This document shows, in pieces, positions 13,442-23,985 of a stretch of 64,000 nt of DNA (its first letter is position 1; each line of letters opens with the position of its first letter). The stretch is from Sphagnum compactum (lineage: Eukaryota), in contig OZ234493.1 of NCBI GenBank assembly GCA_965153455.1, positions 15,242,213 through 15,306,212 on the forward strand, read 5' to 3'. The notes beneath the pieces were generated by a model. It was not told where the DNA came from. It worked only from the letters and a program-made list of their open reading frames with translations, and made no database searches. The translations under genes were made by a program, and so were the position numbers.

Positions 13442-14317
13442 TGATCCTTGATATACTATAACCAAAAAGAGAGGGTTCAGATTCTAACAACACATGTACT
13501 CTCCTCTGTAGACCCTGGTGTCCAAGGCTTCCAGATCGATCTCACACCTACTGACTCCTTAACCTCTCCAAAACTTGAACTGCCTGCATTCTCCCTCTGA
13601 TGCACTCCGACTCAACGATTGACGGACACGAACAGCATTCCCCACAACTCTTGCACACTGATGCAATTCAAAGAAACTCTTGTATCTTATTCACAGCCTA
13701 TGTACATCCCGAAAGCACAAGCATTTTCTGCCATCACAGGCTCATCAAAAGAAAAAGGGTCTGATAGTTCCTCACTGCCTTGCCTTCTCTCTCTCTCTCT
13801 CTGATTCCTCTCCTCCATCCTTCTGCAGCAGAAGCTCTACCATTCACCAGACGCAGCGGAAGATTTCTAGCATAGCTAAGCTCCCCTCTACAGAACTCCC
13901 TCTTCTCCTTTTTCCTTCCTCTTCTTTTTACACACTCTCCATCCAAAAAAACAACTTTTTCCCCAAGACATCCTTCCTGATCTTTCTTCAGAACGCCGTT
14001 CGTTCCATCCAGAAGCTTCCCTTCCAAATCGCCTTGTCTTCTCCTTTACGCTCCCAAACCACCATTCTCCATAATTGCATCACCGACCCTAGTTATAATT
14101 TGGAGCCGCCACTCAGACTCCATACCCATTCAGTGCAGCCGTCATGCAAATCTCTCAGCGCAACATCCCACTCAAGAAACATCAAAGCTTCCCATGCAGA
14201 AGTAAAGAAAAGGCAGCCGCCACTCAGAAACAAAACAGCTCAATTAACACATAACTTAATTTCCCTGATCAGTGGGCGCTCAAAAGTTGGGGTAACCTAA
14301 TTTCCCATTACAATACT
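13442..14317 (-). mobile_element. Solo LTR (~875 bp) inserted in the hAT transposase intron
   Basis: Starts TGATCC; the other end is ...caatact (TG..CA with one change). Near-perfect 5-bp TSD tttgc (13437-13441) / tctgc (14318-14322). The hAT reading frame resumes immediately after. Confidence 0.7.
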
Positions 14318-15186
14318 TCTGCAAGTTTGTGAGTAAAATCATCCTATTTCAAAGAAGCATTACAATTCAAGGCAGCAATTGTCCTATGTTATAGTTGACA
14401 AACTACAATGAAGGTTGAAATATAAAATATACACTACAAATACTAAGTATTCATTATCAACTACTTAAATAAATAATAGTTTTTTAATATTTAACTAACT
14501 AGCTATTTAATTACTCTTAAGTTGTCAATACATAATTCATAGATAAATAAAAAACTAAAATATTTTAAAATATTTTATTAATTAAAAAATCTGGTCAAAT
14601 TATAGATAATATAATTAATGTAAAAAAATTAAATATTGTTTTAAAAAATAATTCTTTCAACTTTCCTTTTCAAATTATAAATAATGAACTAAAAATTGTT
14701 CTTAAAAAATAAAGTCCTACACAATTAAAGAAAAAAAAAAAAAACTAAACTAGTTACATTAATTACTATATAATTACATTTATTATTTAGAAAAAAAGTC
14801 ATAGATAAATAATTACAAAATTTGAGAATAAAAACTTCAATTATTTTATAATAATTCCTGAAATTACAATCATTACAATAATTATTTTAATTACATTATA
14901 AATTTTTCAAACTTTTAATTCAGATTTAAAGTTATAAATTACAGATTGTGAATAATTATGTTCAATTAAAAAATAATTATGCATATATTATAACGAATTC
15001 TTGTCTGAAGTAATTACAATGATTTTAAAGTAATGTTACATAATTACAGTAATTAGTTTCTTTTACTATAAAAATGTAAAATATATATTGTAAAACTTTA
15101 TGTTTTAAAAATAATTATTTACTGTAACTTATTATTAATAAATATAATCATTTATAATCATTTATAAGGTGATTCATTATGGATAA

Positions 15187-16660
15187 CACTAGTAGAAGAA
15201 AACCTTAAAACTCAATCAATAATTTTCTTGAATTAATTTTAGATTCCAGAAAAATAATTCAGAATTCAAATATCAAATTTTTGATCAAATAAGTTTTTTG
15301 AATTTAAATAAAAAAATTCAGAATTGAAATGTCAATTTTCAGATTCAAATCACTGTATTCAAAATTGCAATGTCCATTTTTAGACTCAATTAATAATTTT
15401 CTATATTGAGATATTAATTTTGAGATTCCAAAATAATAATTCCGAATCTGCAATTTCAAGGTTCAAATCAAATAATTTTTTAAAACTTAAATTTAAAAAC
15501 TTAGAATTGAAACATTAATTTTTAGAATAAAAAATAATAATTTAGATTCAAATATCAATTTTTAGATCAACTAAGCTCTTTGAATTTAAATAATGTTTCT
15601 CAAAATTCAACTAATGTTGTAAGGAATTGAAATAACAAATTGCAGATTCAAATATCAAATTTCAAATTCAAATAATTCTTTAAAGAATTGAAATAATAGT
15701 TTTCAGAATTGGAATATAATTTTTAGGATCAAAATTTTATTAAAAAATTAAAAAAATTCAGAATCTAAATATGAATTTTCAAATTCAAATATACATATTT
15801 CAAATTCAAATAATACAATGAATTTCAATAATAATTTTTAGAATTAAAATAAGAATTTTCAGATTGATTTTTTTTGAAACTTAATAATTAAAAAATGAAT
15901 TCCAATAGGAATTTTCAGAAATGAAACATCAATTTTAAGTGTTTGAGTATAATTTCAATAATTCAAATTATTGTTTTAGACTCAAACATATTTTTTGAAT
16001 AAAACTAACAATTTAAAGAATTCATAGTTCAAATTTAAATTTAAATATTGATTTTCATATTCAAATAAAATGTTTCAGAATTGGAATAACAATTTTCAAT
16101 TTTCATATGCAAATATAATTTTAAGAATTGAAATAAATTTTTTCAGTATGGAAATATCAATTTTTGAGATTTGAGTAACAATTTTCAGAGTCCAAATATA
16201 CATTTCAGAACTAAAATATCAATTTTCAGATTTGAATATTAAATTTTAAAGTTCAAATATTAATTTTTAGATTCATTATGTGAACACTATACATACATAC
16301 ACATAATCAATATACACACAAATATATATTTATGATATATGTAACATATCATAAACATAATTTTAATACATACATAAAATACACCCCTATATCACCGTAC
16401 AATACTTTTAAGATGTGATTAATTTGGTGACTATTGCAACTGATGGGACATATCAATATATTAATGGATGAAAACAAACCTAAAAGCCATCCAATAAATA
16501 AAATGAAGTTTTCAATAGTTGCATCATAATTGTAAGAGTGACCAAAATAGTTGAAACTTGATCTTATAGTTGTAAATACTCCCAAATTTAGTCGCAAATG
16601 ACTACAAATCGCATGTAGTCACAAATGGAATGGTTACATTTTGACTGATTTCTACTAGTG
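15187..16660. mobile_element. Non-autonomous CACTA-like element with internal AT-rich ~22-bp degenerate tandem repeats
   Basis: 11-bp inverted termini CACTAGTAGAA (15187) and TTCTACTAGTG (ends 16660). Internal array of ttcagaattgaaatatcaattt-like units at ~15230-16280. The 3-bp flanks (taa / cac) do not match, so the two ends may come from different copies. Confidence 0.55.
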
Positions 16661-18765
16661 CACCGCGATTGGTGAAGTGACCTATCGCTTAGTTGCTTGC
16701 ACTTTGGCTATTTGATTTAGGCATATTTTCGTAGAGCATTTTAGTCCTCATTAGTTTGGTGTAACAATTAGTGGTGGGTGTGAGACGGTGATTCATAACA
16801 TTCAAGCGATGTTAGATTTGCACCCAAATTGGGTGGTGCTATAGGCGGATGTTCAGAATGCTTTCAATTCAGTGTCACGTTCAACCATTTTTCAGGAGTT
16901 ACGGTCTTCGCCTATTTCTTTGGATCACTTTTTCCCATTTGTTTGACAATTTTTCGCACATCCATCCCGATTATATTTTTCTTAGGCTTCTTGACATGGG
17001 GATCTCATAGTCATTTCGTCGGAGTTAGGTACACGACATGGGGATCCATTCAGAGGAGCATTGTTTACTTTAATTCACATTTGCACTTTTCACCCTACAA
17101 CAACAACCCACTTAACTTGCGTTTTCCTTTATTTGGCAGATGATACACATATAGTGGGTCTCGCATTAAATGTGGTTCTTACATTTTTTCAATTGTAGGA
17201 GGAGTTATTAGCATTAGGGCTTTAAGTGTAGCTAGCGAAATGTGTAGTTTGGTCTCCACAGGGGTTGGACCACTCTATATCACTCCTCCTGGCTTTTTTA
17301 TTCACAACTTGGGTTTTCGTATTTTGGGCGCATTGGTGGAATCCACATTATTTGTTGAATTTTTTGTGGCTAAGGTTTTCCATGAGGATCTTGGGACGAT
17401 ATTTAGTCTTTTTATGCTTGTAGATCTTCAGGCAACTTTTGTGATGTTTTTGTTGTGTTATGTTTAGCGTTTGAGCTACTTGCTTTGTATGGTGTTCCCA
17501 TCTCCATGTGATTTGTAGCATTATGTTGAGTTTGATATTCATACCATAACTATATTGGAGAAGTTACTTGGTGCAGGATCTTTTGGTGATTCTATTAATC
17601 ACCTAGCTCGTTGTCAGGCCACTCTTTTTTAGCTTTTTCGAGTGGGCTCAGCCTTTTTTATGTGGTTTGGATTTCTGCCCGCATTCTTGAAGCGTTGGGC
17701 ACTAATTACTCTTGCACTTGTCACTCATTTCCAGTAGGATGATCACCCTATTCTTATAGATGTAATAACACATGTCGAGACCAGCATTTCCCCTTTCCAT
17801 ATGGTAGTACGAAATGTTTGAGCCATGTTACTCAAGGTTGTCCATTATCAGGTTCCACCTTTTGAAAGCCTAATAATTTAGTTTTATCCTTGGTTGTAGG
17901 TTTTTTTGTAGATCACTTACACAAGCAAGAGTATGCTTCCCTTCTAGTACACGTTCTTTCGAATATCGTGCGAACACCCCTCTGTTCATGTGCAGGTCCA
18001 AAGGTAGGCATTTGGTTATTAGTTCGTCTTATCACACCAACATTTCGTTTATCGTCAATTCCACATTCTTACAACACTATGCACCTATCTTGGCTTGCCA
18101 CATTCTATAGTTGCCCACCTTTCACAGTGTTAATGTGACCATACCATTGACGATCTAGGTACCCATTTGTTTCGGTGCTCTTGTAGGAGTGAGTGTATAA
18201 CAACCCATGACACACTTTGGGATACTATCGCAACTATTGCTTTAGAGAGTGGAACACATGTTCAGAGGGAGGTCTCCCATCTTTTCCCTCGTCATACTCG
18301 ACAACGAATGGCTATCCTTGTCATTAAAAACGGTTTTCGAACTCTGATGGACGTTGTCATTATTGACCCGATTTGCATAGATATGGTACAACGAGCATAG
18401 ACGATGACATCACATGTAGCAATGATGGCTACTCAGGAAAAGACATGATCCTTCATTGAGCGAACAATAGGCGATGACTTCATTCCCCTTGTTATTGAAA
18501 TGTATGGGTGTTTTCATTCTTGTTTTGATTCATTCTTGACCGCTTGCGCACAAACCATTATCACACATCATCAATGGTCTTTTTTTAACCCCTTGATGCT
18601 TATTTTTCATTATCGATAGTGTGTGTCTATAGCCATGCAGCGTGCGTAAACCATAATGATTCTTCGACGGGCTATTACATTTGGATGGGGTTTTTCATCT
18701 CTTCCATGCATCATAGCTAGTGCACCTCTGTCACTAGTTGATTTGTGGCAAACGACGTTTTCTCA
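16661..18765 (+). mobile_element. Degenerate non-LTR retrotransposon, CRE/SLACS-like RT with C-terminal Zn motif and restriction-like endonuclease, 5'-truncated
   Basis: Translation across stops and frameshifts gives AIGEVTYRLVA, HFSPH*FGV...GGCETVIH, ADVQNAFNSVSR, GTRHGDP.RGALF, PYLADDT, G.RILGA.V, THLFRC...E...THDTL.D, R..ILV..NGFRTLMDVVI.DP and DFIPLVIEMYG. Confidence 0.85.
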
Positions 18766-19835
18766 TCTTAAGTCTTTTTTGTTATCGTTGATCGTCATTT
18801 TGTAGCCATAGGTCCTATTTGCATAGGTTTTTTTCTTTTTTTTTGTTGATTGTTTGCTTTTGTTTTTTCTTTGGGTTGTGTCTACTTGTGCTTTTATTTG
18901 CCTTATACTTTTGATGGATGCGATCCCATCCTTGATTTTTATATATAGGGTTTTTCCTTCCACTAAATATTGAAACCTCCATTAGTCGTTTGAAACATAT
19001 TAATTAAAAAAAGATGCAACAATCAAAGCTTTCAAGCTCAAAATCCTAATCTATTTTATTTCACCCATTATTAAACATTGAACCCCCTTACTCTAAACAC
19101 CTCATATCTTGCCCATTCCTTTACCAAATTGAAAGATTTTTCCAACATTGAAAGTGCTAGGTGGAGGGCTAAAAACGTTCTTCGAACTTCAGATTAGAAA
19201 GAACAACACGAATGTGGATTTGACCTCATTTGACTTCTTAAGTGTTCACTTACCAACCTATCTACCCTACATGCACCCCCCCCTCCCCCCCTCCAAAACC
19301 CTGGTGGAGAGTAATAAGGATTTGCCCATTCATTAACATATAATTCATTACTTTTTCTCACAAACGAAAAGCTACCCCGTACAGACAGAGCCAATAATAA
19401 TAAACAAATTTGTAAATGATTAGCTGACTCAGATGGGTGACGCGGCACGAAGGGATTGGTAGAAGACAATAAATTCACCCTTTCCTTTGCCTCGCTCGCA
19501 CATCTCATTCGGTCGGATAACGTACTAAATTTAACCTCGCTGGCAAATCCGAGTCAGCAAAGTACCGCCCCTCTCTTCCCGCCCGTCTCTCTATCTCTCT
19601 ATTTGTTTTCCCGTGTGCGACGCTCCTGTTGCGTTTTTTAAGCTCGCGGTTTTGTAATTAAGCAATCGGTGAATTTCGTATCTCTGTCTGGACATTTTTT
19701 GTTTTTACATAGACTTGTGGCAAGAAGTTTGGATCTGTGATTTTTGTGGAATTTTTTTGGGGTGATTTTGTCATTTTTTTTTGTTTGGGGAGGGGGGAGA
19801 TTTAGAAGTTGGTGGTCGACGAAGAAGAAGAAGAG

Positions 19836-20120
19836 ATGGCTATGAGAGCTGTGATCGTCCGGAGGTTGGTGAAGCCGCGGTGGGACGCTCTCTCGCGATC
19901 TGGTATGCGCAGGGGTGTTAGCGATCGAGTTCTCGGGGAGGAGGAGAGAGCAGTTGAAAATGTCTACATTAAGGTTTGCTTCTGTTGTTGTTGTATTTTG
20001 TTTCTCCCTTTCTCATCAATCGCGAGCGCGTCCTTTGAAGAATTTGGAATGCTCGTCTTTTGTTTTTCTTACACTACATGGCTTTGTCTGGAGGTCCTTT
20101 AGACGCCCAACTAGACGTGT

Positions 20121-20155
<35 letters not shown>

Positions 20156-22119
20156 AACTTCTCTAGACGCTTGCGAACATGAAGATGACGATGATGATTC
20201 TGAGACGGGGACCGGACTGTCAAAGATCCGCTCTGTTTTCGGAAAAGTTCCGAATCCAGGAAATAGAAATTAGTGCCCTGGAATTTTTCTCCATAATTTC
20301 TATGACTGGAATTCTCTCTGTTCCAACCAAACTAAACTGTGAGTGAAGAACATCGAAAGCGGTAGAGCTTTTGAAGGGACGTGGGACACAGACTATGCTT
20401 CTTTTCGAGGACAGAGTACTACTGTGAGCATATTGCCACGAGAGTTGAACGGGAGGATTGTTTCTGCATGCTGGTGACAACTTGTTTAGGTCGATCACTA
20501 AATCTCAAAGGTTCAAAGCAAACGGTCGAATTACAAACTGTTTGTAATCTCTGTAGTTTGGTGTCTACTTTGTGAAGCCTACACAACCAGGCTTACAAGA
20601 TCTCCTTGGATGTGGATAGAAGTTCTTGTCCACAATTTGAACAATAGATTGCTTGAGGCTTTTGTGGCTGTGTGAGCACATTGAAGTTGAGAAAGAGAAT
20701 TTGAAAGTGGAAATCAAAGGGAGCTAGGGAAGGTGAGAAGACTTCAAATGGAGGCCATGCAAGTTCTTGTTCTTGTCTCCTTTTTTTCTTGAACTGTGGA
20801 TAACAAACAAGGTATCCTCCCGTGTGGTTTCTCTAAGTCTCTAGCTGATCCTCGATATAATGCTGAATTCTTTCATGTTGATCTCAATTGAAAGCTTACA
20901 CACAGCAATTCTTTATCTGAGCTAAGAGGTGAAAACCTGAGAATATCAACCAGGATGGATTGTCTCCTGTGTGCATTGGGAGTTTTGATGTTCTCTGGAG
21001 AAGAGGAGAAGGAAATCTTGATTGGAATTCTCATTGCCTTTCAATTTTTCATTCTCTTGCTCCTGAAGTGTTGACACAGCAGATTTTTTTTCTTGCTGGG
21101 TGTCAATTAGGTGTTCAGCTCAATTGTGTTTCTGCGTAATGATGTTTTGAAGTAGGAAATCATCCTTGCCCATTCCGATTTTATCATATTGTAAGGGATA
21201 AAGCTGCCTTCTCTCTTAATGCTCTCTGTCTCACCTGCTACCTTTTACTTTCAGAACTAGTTTCATTGCTAGCCTCTACTGTATCAATGGTGACAAGCTG
21301 GTATAAACGGCTGTTTTGCAGAAAATGGAAAAGGAGAAGATGGAGAAGCTTCTTCGGCAGGTGCTTCATCATACACCCAATTAAGTCATAGATGTGTGGT
21401 TGTCCGATGTCAATCAGAGATCAATCTGCTTAGCATCCATGTGCTACGGAGCTCATAATTTCTTACAGATGGGCTTTTAGTCATCCATACTTTGCACTTT
21501 GAAACTTGGAGAAAATTGCAGATGTCTAATCTAAGCAGCTCTTATGGGTCTTTTGCTGTGTTTTGAATGTTGATCTGCTGTCTTATGAGACATATTTGTC
21601 AACTGTTGCACTTGTTTGTTGCACATGCTTGTAAACTTACACTTAAGGGGCCTTCCATAAGATGCCTGATACAAACCAGCTAAAGCTTTTCGTACAGGTG
21701 TAAATAAGCTAATGCTTGAAAGATCCTATCTGTTACAACATAGACCTTGTCCCACCCTAAACCCCTATGTGATCTCCTTTCAGTATCTGTAATTCCTTTG
21801 GATTGTAGGGAGCACTCGATGAGGTGGGCTGTGATTCTATTTTTTTTACTCTTGTAATCAGATATTGTTCCTTTGTCATAACACTGATGTGTGATGTCAC
21901 ATCCAGGGATTTTCTGCAGAGGAGGCCAAAGCAGCAATTTCAGGATCACCAACTGCCAGTCCAGAGGCAGCCAAGGCGGCTGCAGCAGCAGCCAAACCGT
22001 CAACTGATGGTAAGACGAATTATGCTGCTATTGCTGGGGTTGTTGGAGGGGCAGGCTTGGCATATTGGTACTTCTCAAGCCCCTCTAAAAGACAGACGGA
22101 TAACAAAGTGTCAGGTTAA
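19836..22119 (+). CDS. Mitochondrial At2g27730-like protein (plant complex I P2 subunit-like), 129 aa. Exons 19836-19973, 21322-21360, 21907-22119
   Basis: Spliced product is MAMRAVIVRRLVKPRWDALSRSGMRRGVSDRVLGEEERAVENVYIK|KMEKEKMEKLLRQ|GFSAEEAK...STDGKTNYAAIAGVVGGAGLAYWYFSSPSK...*. It has an Arg-rich presequence, the conserved VLxEEERAxENVxIKKMExEK motif and a C-terminal NYA..AG..WY transmembrane segment. Both introns are phase-0 GT-AG. Confidence 0.88.
20122..20152. repeat. (GA)n microsatellite in intron 1
   Basis: About 15 perfect GA units. Confidence 0.9.
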
Positions 22120-23985
22120 TGTCCTGTTGCAAAGATCAAGAGATATGTGTATAATGTGGCCCTAGTATATGCTATATATGACTATGGCCAAGCTAGCCTA
22201 GGCATGAGAGAAAAATAAGGACACCCTTCTTAAGTTGTACATATTTTCTTAGCCGTCACTACTGGGCTGCTTTTGTTTGGGTTGTAAAGGATTCACTGTG
22301 ATGCTTTGGAAACTTGTTTGTGTTCTCCTGCCACTTTTGTGAAAGGATTCCTTACAAGAGTTTTTCAACTCAAAACATAACTGATTATGGGACATTATCA
22401 TGTCCTGTAGTACACGCTTTGTACAATATTGTAAAACCTGTGGTTCCCAAACCTATAAAGCTTCTTTTACATTGACCTTGATGCTTAAGCTGTTCATGAT
22501 GGTGAAAAATAGTAACTAAGGTGAGAACATATGCTATATAGTGGAGTTCTATGAACCCCAATTGGGCCAAAGTAGACTACTAAACCCTGCTTTGTACCCT
22601 AACACATGTGATTAGCATCCCCACCTGTCCTAATCCTCTAAGCACAAGTGATTAGCATCTTGATGCACCTATTGTTGATGTGGTTTCTCATTAAAGTCTT
22701 TCCACTTGTTTTGTGAGAGAGAGCTTCACTGTTTACATCATTTCCACTAACCACCCTCCACCAATGCACTAACTCCATAAAAAATTTCAGTAGCTGACAC
22801 TGGATTACCAAATTCACAATGCTTGTGAAAAGTGCAAAAGTAAAGTTTACCAGAAAAAAGATGGGTTTTCTCCAATTTCTCAAACTCTTATTTCAACCCT
22901 TCTCTTGTCTGCTTTGCTTCTCCTCTTTCTCCCACTCCTTGTGCTTCCCACCAGGTTGCAATGGGAGGCCCAGCCAGGACTCAAAATTGGAGCCTCATCA
23001 TCAACAGAAAACTGATTTCCTAGACTTTGCAGCTACATCTACCTCTCAAATTCTTCTGCAGAACATTCTCAAAATTTGTAGCTTTACATTTTATCTGGCC
23101 CATTTCTTATCATTCTTGGGTCTGCAGATACTTGAACTTGTTGTGAGAGAAGGTACTTGCTGGGTGTGAGAGAAGAGCATGGGTTCTATCTCTGACCTGA
23201 CTAACACATTTGTCTTTGAAATTCTTTTCTGAGGAATCTGTTCCTGCTCATTTCAAAATTACAAACACCACTCTTTCCAGGAGAGTGATAGAATGTTCAC
23301 ACTAAATTTCTGGTTTCATAACAAAATCAGAATCAACTTCTTCCAGTGCAGGGAGGTAATTGAAAGTGACGTGCTTTCCACATTGATGAAAGCATCATCT
23401 TATGGTTGTATGTCTGATATTTGGTCTTGTTTCCTCTCTCATATAATGGAGTTGGTTTCAAATGAAAACAGCAAAAATATTTCAATGAGCATGTGTTGGA
23501 ATTGATTTGAATTTGTAAGCATTGTCATGGACTCAATTCTGTTCTTGACAACTTCTTGGTCAAGGCTGACAAAATCAAATCTGGTATAAATAGCCTGCAA
23601 AAGAGAAGGAATCAGAACATGAAAACTTGACCATCCAAAAATATACTGTGTGTGAATTGCTTTGCATCACACCATTTTCCATTCAAATTACTTGATTACA
23701 CATATGCTCCCTTCCACCAATCCCTGTCCATTGGAACAGAGTGCATTTCAATCCCATGTATTCAATTCCCATGTTGATTCTCCTTTTAAAACTTTAGTCC
23801 AAAGACATAAAAAAATCTCAAGTCAAATATTTTGCACACCTTGGTACTGTGTTGTTGGCGCAGGTCTGCACTCTTTGGAAAAAATGTCCATGTAGTTTTG
23901 AACTCATGAGCTTCTGGGGAGTTTGTAATGCTCATAAGAAGCTGATTGGCTTCAAACTTTTGGTGAGGCATCTGAGTAGATTGAC

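Larger units (their letters stand above)
10872..14420 (+). mobile_element. hAT-superfamily DNA transposon remnant (5' end plus decayed transposase)
   Basis: Begins TAGTGTTGGGC, followed by GATATC-rich subterminal repeats (10880-11075). Transposase fragments at 12200-13350: BED-like C..KGLVTYY..H, SFDLWMS, DWKPKHVILGLF, YVKDEGSNL, C.GH.FSKACQYA, L..PMKT. After an intron it continues ..SKIILF.EALQFKAAIVLCY at ~14325-14410. Confidence 0.85.

Noticed and set aside
13680..14300. 206-aa ORF
   Set aside because: It lies wholly within a solo LTR, has low-complexity Ser/Leu/Pro composition, no ATG start and no recognisable motif.
20190..20204. Box C/D snoRNA in the intron (ATGATGA..CTGA)
   Set aside because: The C and D boxes are adjacent with no room for a guide, and no terminal stem is visible.
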